Shown in pieces: positions 50,954 through 59,964 of a stretch of DNA of 59,964 bases; within the stretch, counting starts at the first letter, position 1, and the number at the start of each line of letters is the position of its first letter. Location of the stretch: positions 1 through 59,964 of the forward strand of contig JBJEJN010000068.1 of assembly GCA_051878085.1 (NCBI GenBank), in the 5' to 3' direction. This DNA comes from Aristaeellaceae bacterium. Its GTDB lineage: Bacteria > Bacillota > Clostridia > Christensenellales > Aristaeellaceae. The position numbers were made by a program, and so were the translations under genes. Under the pieces are notes generated by a model, which saw only the letters and a list, made by a program, of their open reading frames with translations, did not search any database and had not been told where the DNA came from.

Positions 50954-51385
50954 ATGATGATTTCGACTCGCGGCCGCTACGCGCTGCGCGTGATGATTGA
51001 TCTGGCCGAACAGCAGACCAGCAGCTTCACGCCGCTGAAGGAGATCGCCGCGCGGCAGGAAATTTCGGAAAAATATCTGGAGAGCATTGTCAAGAATCTG
51101 GTTCAGAACGGCTTTTTGGAGGGCCTGCGCGGCAAGGGCGGCGGCTATCGCCTGGTGCGCGCTCCGGAGGAGTACAGCGTCGGCAGCATCCTGCGGCTGA
51201 TGGAGGGCAGCCTAGCCCCCGTCGCCTGTCTGGAGCAGCGCGCTCTGCCCTGCAATCGGGAGGAAAAGTGCCGCACGCTTCCCATGTGGAAGAAGCTGTA
51301 CGCGCTGCTGAACGACTTCTTCGACGGCATCACCCTGGCCGATCTGATCGATTCCGAGCGCTCGGGCGATAATTACGTGATCTGA
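50954..51385 (+). CDS. Rrf2-family transcriptional regulator (three-Cys, IscR/CymR-like)
   Basis: N-terminus MISTRGRYALRVMIDLA, wing GKGGGYRL, and a Cys cluster VACLEQRALPCNREEKC. Confidence 0.9.
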   Translation: MMISTRGRYALRVMIDLAEQQTSSFTPLKEIAARQEISEKYLESIVKNLVQNGFLEGLRGKGGGYRLVRAPEEYSVGSILRLMEGSLAPVACLEQRALPCNREEKCRTLPMWKKLYALLNDFFDGITLADLIDSERSGDNYVI

Positions 51386-51498
51386 GCGCGTCCGGCGCAG
51401 GGAATTGCCGCGCAGGGCAAAGGGATATTGCATGGCAAGCGGATTGAAAAGGCCGCTTTGAAACAGGCTCTGTTTTGAGGCAACCCCATAATTATTGT

Positions 51499-51528
51499 GC
51501 GGCGGGGTGAGGGCACCCCGCCCTACGG
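51499..51528 (+). repeat. REP-like GC hairpin repeat, copy 7
   Basis: Sequence gcGGCGGGGTGagggCACCCCGCCctacgg, preceded by tttgaggcaacc-N-attattgt. Confidence 0.85.
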
Positions 51529-51566
51529 CTGTGCAGGAGCCATTCAAAAACGGACATAAGAAATCT

Positions 51567-51596
51567 GCGGCGGGGTGTGGGCACCCCGCCCTACGG
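51567..51596 (+). repeat. REP-like GC hairpin repeat, copy 8
   Basis: Sequence gcGGCGGGGTGtgggCACCCCGCCctacgg, 68 nt after copy 7. The flanks are also duplicated (caggaRccattcaaaa(a)cggacataag). Confidence 0.85.
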
Positions 51597-51671
51597 CGAT
51601 ACAGGAACCATTCAAAACGGACATAAGTATCTGCCGCCGACCCACACAATTCTCCTAAAAACACCATTCCC

Positions 51672-51720
51672 CAAAAACCAAACACAAGAAATCCGGCTCA
51701 TTGCCGCCGAGCCGGATTTC
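51672..51720 (-). terminator. intrinsic terminator downstream of xylB (second of two)
   Basis: A 12-bp stem (gaaatccggctc...gagccggatttc) is followed on the minus strand by ttgtgtttggttttt. Confidence 0.6.
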
Positions 51721-51740
51721 GTTATGCCACCAAACCTGCC

Positions 51741-51794
51741 AACAGAAAAGAAGCACAGAATCCCTGCCCCTCTGATCTATGGGGGCAGGGATTC
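51741..51794 (-). terminator. intrinsic terminator downstream of xylB (first of two)
   Basis: A 13-bp stem (gaatccctgcccc...ggggcagggattc) is followed on the minus strand by tgtgcttcttttctgtt. Confidence 0.6.
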
Positions 51795-51807
51795 GTTCAT
51801 TCAAACA

Positions 51808-51883
51808 CGGCAGTATGTGGCTGCAGGCCCAGCCTGCCGGCAGTATGCGGCTGCAGGCCCAGCCTGCCGGCAGTATGCGGCTG
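51808..51883 (+). repeat. 30-bp tandem repeat, about 2.5 copies
   Basis: Unit cggcagtatgYggctgcaggcccagcctgc occurs twice, followed by a partial third copy, immediately 3' of the xylB stop codon (minus-strand gene). Confidence 0.9.
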
Positions 51884-51896
51884 TCGTGTCACACGA

Positions 51897-53426
51897 CTAG
51901 AAGCCGAGGGATGCGCCGAAATCGTAGACCGGCTTCAGCGCGGGATAGATCTTCTTGTAGATCTCGTAGCTCTTCTTGTAGCCCTCCTGGTTCTCGGCGA
52001 TGGGCGTGCACTCGGTCTCGGGCCTGATGACCTGCACGGCCTCGGTCAGGTTCTTCCACAGGCCCGCGCCCACGCCTGCGACCAGCACTGCGCCGTATGC
52101 GCCGCCCTCGCTGGCAGCGGACATGGTGTAGACGGGCAGGTTGAAGATGTCGGCCTGCATCTGCCGCCACAGCGGGCTGAACGCGCCGCCGCCGGAGGTG
52201 TAGACCTTTTCATTCTTCGTCATGGAGCCGAAGATGTCCACCAGCTGGCAGAGGGAGTAGGTCACGCCCTCCATCACGGCGCGGGTGATGTCGCCGCGGG
52301 TGGTGGTCAGGCTCATGCCGTAGAAGCTGCCGCGGCAGTTGGGATCCGGATAGGGACAGCGCTCGCCGGACAGGTAGGGGGTGAACACCACGCCGTTGGC
52401 TCCGGGCACGGAGGATTCCGCGTCCCTGCCCATGATGTCGTACACGTTCTCACCGGTCTCGGCGGACTGCTGCTTCGCGCCCTCACAGAGGGTGTCGCGG
52501 TACCAGCGGTAGCTGCCGCCGGCGGACAGGGTGCAGCCGAAGTCCGTCCACAGGCCGGGCTCGTTGCCGCAGAACATCTGAAGATCGCCGTGGGGGTTGT
52601 CCTCGTAGTGATCCAGGCCCATCGTCACGTTGCCGCTGGTGCCGATGACCACGCCCAGAATGCCCGGACGCACCAGGCCGCTGCCCACCGCCTGAATGAC
52701 CGCGTCGCCGCCGCCCGCGTAGCAGGGCAGACCCTCGGGCAGCCCGGTGAGCTGCGCCACATCGCAGGTGACGTGGCCCGCCAGCGTGGTGGACTCCACA
52801 GCCTTCGGGAAGATGGACTTGTCAAGGCCCGCGATCTCGATCAGCGCGTCGCTCCACACGCGGTTCTTGGTGTCGAAGAAGCCCGTGCCGGAGGCGTCGG
52901 ACACGTCGATCATGATCTCGCCGGTCATGCGGAAGCGGATGTAATCCTTCGGGCAGACGAACACCTTCATCTTCGCGAAGTTGTCCGGCTCCTCGTCGCG
53001 CAGCCAGAGGATCTTGCCGCCGGTGTAGCCGGTGAGCATGCGGTTGTTGGTGTAGGTCAGCAGCTTTTCCAGACCGCCGGCCTTCTCGGTGATCCAGTCG
53101 CACTGCTTCTGGGTGCGCTGGTCGCACCACAGGATGGCGGGGCGGATGACCTGGTTGTCCTCGTCCAGCGCCACCAGGCCGTGCATCTGGCCGGAGTAGC
53201 TCAGGCCGAGGATGTCGGAGGGATCAACATTGGCCTTCTTCAGGATCACCTGCAGGCCCTTGACCACGCCCTGCCACCAGTCCTCGGGGTTCTGCTCCGC
53301 CCAGCCCGGACGGGGCGTGGACAGCGGATACTCCTGGGTGGAGGAGGCGACGACCTTGCCGGTTTCGTCGATCATGATGCATTTGGCGCCGGAGGTGCCG
53401 ACGTCCAGACCGATCAGATACTTCAT
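51897..53426 (-). CDS. xylB: xylulokinase (FGGY carbohydrate kinase)
   Basis: N-terminus YLIGLDVGTSGAKC...PGWAEQNPEDWW and a length of about 509 aa. It starts 18 nt after the plsY stop. Confidence 0.85.
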   Translation of the reverse strand: MKYLIGLDVGTSGAKCIMIDETGKVVASSTQEYPLSTPRPGWAEQNPEDWWQGVVKGLQVILKKANVDPSDILGLSYSGQMHGLVALDEDNQVIRPAILWCDQRTQKQCDWITEKAGGLEKLLTYTNNRMLTGYTGGKILWLRDEEPDNFAKMKVFVCPKDYIRFRMTGEIMIDVSDASGTGFFDTKNRVWSDALIEIAGLDKSIFPKAVESTTLAGHVTCDVAQLTGLPEGLPCYAGGGDAVIQAVGSGLVRPGILGVVIGTSGNVTMGLDHYEDNPHGDLQMFCGNEPGLWTDFGCTLSAGGSYRWYRDTLCEGAKQQSAETGENVYDIMGRDAESSVPGANGVVFTPYLSGERCPYPDPNCRGSFYGMSLTTTRGDITRAVMEGVTYSLCQLVDIFGSMTKNEKVYTSGGGAFSPLWRQMQADIFNLPVYTMSAASEGGAYGAVLVAGVGAGLWKNLTEAVQVIRPETECTPIAENQEGYKKSYEIYKKIYPALKPVYDFGASLGF

Positions 53427-53444
53427 GGGATGACACTCCTTAAA

Positions 53445-54080
53445 TCATTTTTTCTTTGAAAGCCTGGAAATCTTCTTGAAGTCCAGCTTATTTTCCTCGT
53501 GATGGAGCAGCCGCTGGATGTTCTTGCGGTGGCAGAACAGCGACAAGAGCGCCTGCAGGATGGAGAAGATGATGTAAGCCGTGTAGTGGGCGTTGCCCCG
53601 CAGCAGGATGGCGATGCAGATGGGATAGAGGAAGGACACGGTGATGGAGCCGAGGGATACGTAGCCGGTGAGGGCCGCGATGAGCACCACCACGCCGGTC
53701 AGTCCGATGCCCAGCCAGGGATTGATGGTCAGGATCATACCCAAGGAGGCTGCGATGCCCTTGCCGCCCTTGAACTTGAAGAACACCGGGAAATCGTGGC
53801 CCAGGATGGCCGCGGTGCCACCGATCAGCAGGCCCACGTCCCCTGCCAGATACCGGCCCAGCTGCGCCGCGATGAAGGACTTCAGGCAGTCGCCCACCAG
53901 CGTCAGCACGCTGGGCAGCCAGCCCAGGTTGCGCAGCACGTTGGTGGAGCCTGCGTTGCCGCTGCCCACCTTGCGGATGTCCTTGATGCCGTAGAGCTTC
54001 GCAACCAGGATGCCCACGGAGATGTTGCCCAGCAGATAGCCCACCACGGCGATGAGCACATATTTCAGCCAGAGAGCCAT
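53445..54080 (-). CDS. plsY: glycerol-3-phosphate acyltransferase PlsY
   Basis: Motif GSGNAGSTNVLR and a polytopic membrane protein of about 211 aa. Confidence 0.9.
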   Translation of the reverse strand: MALWLKYVLIAVVGYLLGNISVGILVAKLYGIKDIRKVGSGNAGSTNVLRNLGWLPSVLTLVGDCLKSFIAAQLGRYLAGDVGLLIGGTAAILGHDFPVFFKFKGGKGIAASLGMILTINPWLGIGLTGVVVLIAALTGYVSLGSITVSFLYPICIAILLRGNAHYTAYIIFSILQALLSLFCHRKNIQRLLHHEENKLDFKKISRLSKKK

Positions 54081-54125
54081 TTCTCTTCCTTCTTTCGGAT
54101 GAAGTTATTTGGGAGAAGGCCGCGC

Positions 54126-55457
54126 TTACTGCTCGTCCTTCTTCTTTTCCCGCAGAATGAACCTGAGCGGCGTGCCGTCAAAGCCGAAGGACTTGCGGAA
54201 CTGCTTCTCCAGATAGCGCTCGTAGGAGAAGTGCATCAGGGTCTGGTCGTTGACGAACATCACGAAGGTCGGCGGCTGCACGCCCTGCTGGGTGGCATAG
54301 TAGATCTTCAGCCTGCGGCCCGAGGTGGCCGGGGGCTGGAGCGCCGCCTGTGCGTCGGCGAGGATGTCGTTGAGCAGGCCGGTGGTGATGCGGCGGCGGG
54401 ACTCGGCGTAGGCGGCCTTCACCGCCTCCAGCACCTTGTTCACCCGCTGGCCGGTGAGCGCAGAGATGTACAGCACCGGCGCGTAGGCCATGAACTTCAG
54501 GTTCTCACGCACCTGCGCGGTGAACTCGTTCATCGTCCTGGTGTCCTTCTCGATGGCGTCCCACTTGTTGATGACGATGATCGCCGCCTTGCCCTGCTCG
54601 TCGATGTAGCCCGCGATCTTCGCGTCCTGCTCGGTCACGCCCTGCGTCGCGTCGATCACCAGCAGCGCCACGTCGCAGCGGTCGATGGCCGCCAGCGCAC
54701 GCACGATGGAGAAGCGCTCCAGCGTCTGGTAGCCGATGGCGCGCTTGCGCCGGATGCCCGCCGTGTCGATGATGACGAAGTCGTCGCCCTCCTCGTCGGT
54801 GAAGCGGGTGTCGATGGCGTCGCGGGTGGTGCCCGCGATGTCCGAGACCATCACGCGCTCCTGGCCGAGGATGCGGTTCGTCAGCGAGGACTTGCCCACG
54901 TTGGGCTTGCCGCAGATCGCCAGCTGGATCGCCGTGCTCTCCTCTTCCTCCCCGTCCGGATCCGGGAAGAACTTGCACAGCTCCTCCAACAAATCGCCCA
55001 GGTTCAGCAGGTTCACGCTGGAAATGCCGATGGGATCGCCCAGGCCGAGGTTGTAGAACTCGTAGACGTCGTTCAGCGCCTTCACGTTGTCGATCTTGTT
55101 CACCACCAGCAGGATCGGCTTGCGGGCCTTGCGCAGCATGTCCGCCACGCTCTGATCGTCCGCCGTCATGCCCGTCTTGCCATCCACGAAGAACAGGATC
55201 ACGTCGCAGGTCTCGATGGCGATCTCCGCCTGACGGCGCATCTGCTGCAGCAGCGGATCCTCGCTGGTCGGGTCGATTCCGCCCGTGTCGATCAGCGTGA
55301 ACTTGTAGTTCTGCCACTCGCAGTCCAGATACACACGGTCGCGGGTCACGCCCGGCGTGTTCTCCACAATGGATACCCGCCGTCCCGCCATCGTATTGAA
55401 AAAGGTAGATTTTCCCACGTTCGGTCTGCCCACAATGGCGACCAGAGGCTTTGCCAT
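54126..55457 (-). CDS. der: ribosome-biogenesis GTPase Der (EngA)
   Basis: Two GTPase domains (GRPNVGKST and GKPNVGKSS, each with DTGG/DTAG) plus a C-terminal KH-like domain. Confidence 0.95.
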   Translation of the reverse strand: MAKPLVAIVGRPNVGKSTFFNTMAGRRVSIVENTPGVTRDRVYLDCEWQNYKFTLIDTGGIDPTSEDPLLQQMRRQAEIAIETCDVILFFVDGKTGMTADDQSVADMLRKARKPILLVVNKIDNVKALNDVYEFYNLGLGDPIGISSVNLLNLGDLLEELCKFFPDPDGEEEESTAIQLAICGKPNVGKSSLTNRILGQERVMVSDIAGTTRDAIDTRFTDEEGDDFVIIDTAGIRRKRAIGYQTLERFSIVRALAAIDRCDVALLVIDATQGVTEQDAKIAGYIDEQGKAAIIVINKWDAIEKDTRTMNEFTAQVRENLKFMAYAPVLYISALTGQRVNKVLEAVKAAYAESRRRITTGLLNDILADAQAALQPPATSGRRLKIYYATQQGVQPPTFVMFVNDQTLMHFSYERYLEKQFRKSFGFDGTPLRFILREKKKDEQ

Positions 55458-55490
55458 GCTCGTTCCTCCTGTTCGTTGCCGCGGATACGG

Positions 55491-55725
55491 TCAGGGGCGC
55501 CGCCCCTGAAACCCCGCTTAAGGGCGTGACGCCCTTAAGAATCCCCAGTATGGCGCGCAATGCGCGCCTGAAGAATTATTATTTGATATCGGTATTCTGT
55601 CGTTGCTGGAACGACGGTTGTTTCTTTTAATTATTTTTCCTGGCGCGCATTGCGCGCCATATTGAGGGGTCCAGGGGAAATCATTTCCCCGGGCAGGGGT
55701 TTTAGGGGACAGCGTCCCCTAAGCG
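55491..55725. repeat. imperfect foldback / MITE-like element: two roughly 80-nt inverted arms around a roughly 72-nt AT-rich core
   Basis: A perfect 20-nt inverted repeat, tatggcgcgcaatgcgcgcc (55549-55568), pairs with its reverse complement at 55642-55661. The outer arm parts are also related (aggggcgccgcccctgaaacccc versus the reverse complement of ggggttttaggggacagcgtcccct). Each arm is itself three short GGGG...CCCC hairpins. Confidence 0.75.
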
Positions 55726-57026
55726 TTCCCCCTCAGCGCACACAGCAGGTCGTCGCCGCTGCGGCCCACCGGGATGATGGGCTTGCCGAGGATGCGCCGT
55801 GCCTCGTCGAGGGTCATGTCGTCGAGGAAGCGGTCGCCCTCGCTGCGCAGCATGCATTCGGTGATGAACACGGCCTCGCCGTCCTCATCCTTCAGGCGGT
55901 CGGTGAGATCGCCGCCGGTGATCAGCCCGGACACGGTCACGCTCTCGCCGAAGAAGCGGTTCTTCACGGGAACCACCCGCATTTCGATCCCTGTGAGGGG
56001 ATGCCGGGCGAACAGATCCTTAAGGAACGCCGCTGCAGACACGCCGCAGGCGCAGATGAACGTCCGCTTCGCACCGTCCGCGCGGCGCTCGGATTCCGGC
56101 AGCTCCTCCCACGCCGCGTGGAATTCGGTCTCCAGCGCGCGCAGCAGTCCCACGCCGTCGTCAATCTGGCCGTAGTCCTCGTATTCCTCGTCCCCCGGCA
56201 GCTCCATGCCCGCCTGGAGGTAGAATTCGTCCGAGGGAAACACGAAGCGCGTGCCGCGCTCTTTAAGCAGCTTCTCCCGCCAGCGGTTCGCGATTTCGAT
56301 TACCGCGCGGGCCTCGTCGCGGGTGTAGGTGTGCAGCGGATGCAGGCCCTCGCGATGCCCGGTCAGGCCCACCGGAACCAGCGCCAGCGACAGCGTGCCG
56401 GGGATGTTCGCCAGGGTTTCGATGGTCTGCTCCAGCGCGGGGCCGTCGTTGATGCCGGGACAGAGCACCGCCTGGGTGTGAAACTCCACGCCGCCATCGG
56501 AGAGCCGACGGAGCTGATCCAGCAGCCGCCTTCCGCGCTCCTGGCCCAGGATGTGGCTGCGCAGTTCAGGGTCGACCGCGTGCACGGAGATGTACAGCGG
56601 CGACGCGTGGCGCGCGATCATCCGATCCAGTTCGCGGTCAGAGACGTTGGTCAGGGTCACATAGTTGCCCATCATCAGGCTCATGCGCCAGTCGTCGTCC
56701 TTGACGCGCATGCTGGGCCGCACGTTTTCGGGCAGCTGGTCCACGAAGCAGAACAGGCACTTGTTGCAGCACAGCCGCATGCCGCTCATCATGGGCCGCT
56801 CGAACTCCAGGCCCAGGGGATCGTACTCGCCCTTGCGGATGCTGAGCTGTTTGATCTGTCCCTCCCGGCGGACGACCAGCTCCACGCGGTGTTCAGCGGT
56901 CAGCGCCTGGTAATCCAGAAAGTCGATCACCGGCTCGCCGCCGATGGAGAGCAGCTCGTCGCCGGGGCGCAGGCCTGCGCGCGCGGCGGGACTGCGGGGA
57001 TCGACGGCGGAAATTTTCTGTGCCAT
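55719..57026 (-). CDS. PDZ-domain / radical-SAM-like DUF512 protein
   Basis: PDZ segment GLRPGDELLSIGGEPV, then CCNKCLFC (CxxxCxxC) and the DUF512-type C-terminus. The ATG at 57026 follows GGAGG. The position upstream of der is typical of Clostridia. Confidence 0.8.
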   Translation of the reverse strand: MAQKISAVDPRSPAARAGLRPGDELLSIGGEPVIDFLDYQALTAEHRVELVVRREGQIKQLSIRKGEYDPLGLEFERPMMSGMRLCCNKCLFCFVDQLPENVRPSMRVKDDDWRMSLMMGNYVTLTNVSDRELDRMIARHASPLYISVHAVDPELRSHILGQERGRRLLDQLRRLSDGGVEFHTQAVLCPGINDGPALEQTIETLANIPGTLSLALVPVGLTGHREGLHPLHTYTRDEARAVIEIANRWREKLLKERGTRFVFPSDEFYLQAGMELPGDEEYEDYGQIDDGVGLLRALETEFHAAWEELPESERRADGAKRTFICACGVSAAAFLKDLFARHPLTGIEMRVVPVKNRFFGESVTVSGLITGGDLTDRLKDEDGEAVFITECMLRSEGDRFLDDMTLDEARRILGKPIIPVGRSGDDLLCALRGNA

Positions 57027-57186
57027 GCAACCTCCGAAAAATGCGAGAAATCGATATATCCATACCCATTCTATTATGGCGCAAAAAATGTAAACCGTCA
57101 ACAACAAAAGCGCGAACTTCCATCGGGAATTTTCAAAATATTATATTTAAATCAAGCGATTTTGGTACAAGTTAACAAAAAAATGC

Positions 57187-57216
57187 TTGCTTTCGGGAGC
57201 AAAAACTTACTATAAT
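57187..57216 (+). promoter_or_regulatory. candidate promoter of ppdK
   Basis: TTGCTT-18 nt-TATAAT, within an AT-rich region. Confidence 0.5.
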
Positions 57217-57271
57217 GAAGTGCTATTCGAGATTTGGCCAGAGAATTTGAATTTTTGGTAGGAGGATCAAC

Positions 57272-59905
<2,634 letters not shown>

Positions 59906-59964
59906 GCAATCGATGTTCTGAGGCAACCATCTTTATCCTATTTGGGGCAAAAATTACTGTCCTC

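Noticed and set aside
59918-59964. Sequence after ppdK (ctgaggcaacc...tttggggca) resembles the 'module A' part of the REP-like composite unit.
   Set aside because: The window ends before any GC hairpin unit could appear, and the match is short and partial. It cannot be evaluated here.

Overview
GC-rich (judged by eye, not computed) chromosomal segment whose gene content looks like a strictly anaerobic Clostridia-type Firmicute, possibly Oscillospiraceae/Ruminococcaceae-like; that taxon call is inference only. I call 51 CDS. I recognised no rRNA, tRNA, CRISPR-cas, transposase, integrase or phage genes. Most of the window is housekeeping: nucleotide metabolism (tdk, tmk, guaA, purA, purB, deoC), tRNA/RNA functions (tmcAL, yhaM), a liv-type branched-chain amino-acid ABC operon, a CUT1 sugar ABC operon, dihydroxyacetone kinase, phosphoglucomutase, PPDK, the DUF512-der-plsY cluster, xylulokinase, AddB and a monomeric [FeFe]-hydrogenase-like protein. 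Items worth a second look: (1) A LacI-controlled, cleanly delimited operon (about 41.7-49.7 kb, minus strand). It combines a three-component corrinoid methyltransferase set (URO-D-family MT, B12-binding protein, pterin-binding MT) with a monosaccharide-type (CUT2) ABC importer and three copies of an 18-bp central-CG palindrome. I infer a corrinoid-dependent demethylase for a methylated sugar or cyclitol; this is the best candidate for an undescribed system. (2) A dispersed family of roughly 30-nt GC hairpin (REP-like) repeats, 8 copies at 4 intergenic loci, all in the same orientation, one with a compensatory double substitution. (3) A roughly 235-nt foldback (MITE-like) element inside the DUF512-der operon. 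(4) Both thymidine-salvage kinases are fusion proteins (Tdk-GNAT and HAD-Tmk). (5) addB has no adjacent addA and is bracketed by the repeats. (6) A 1055-aa zinc-ribbon / kinase-N-lobe-like / TM / 5x peptidoglycan-binding-repeat surface protein. (7) A textbook MerR-type 19-bp-spacer promoter driving merR, an Fe-S aldo/keto reductase and an Isf-like flavoprotein. All family assignments rest on motifs read from the supplied translations; no database search was possible.
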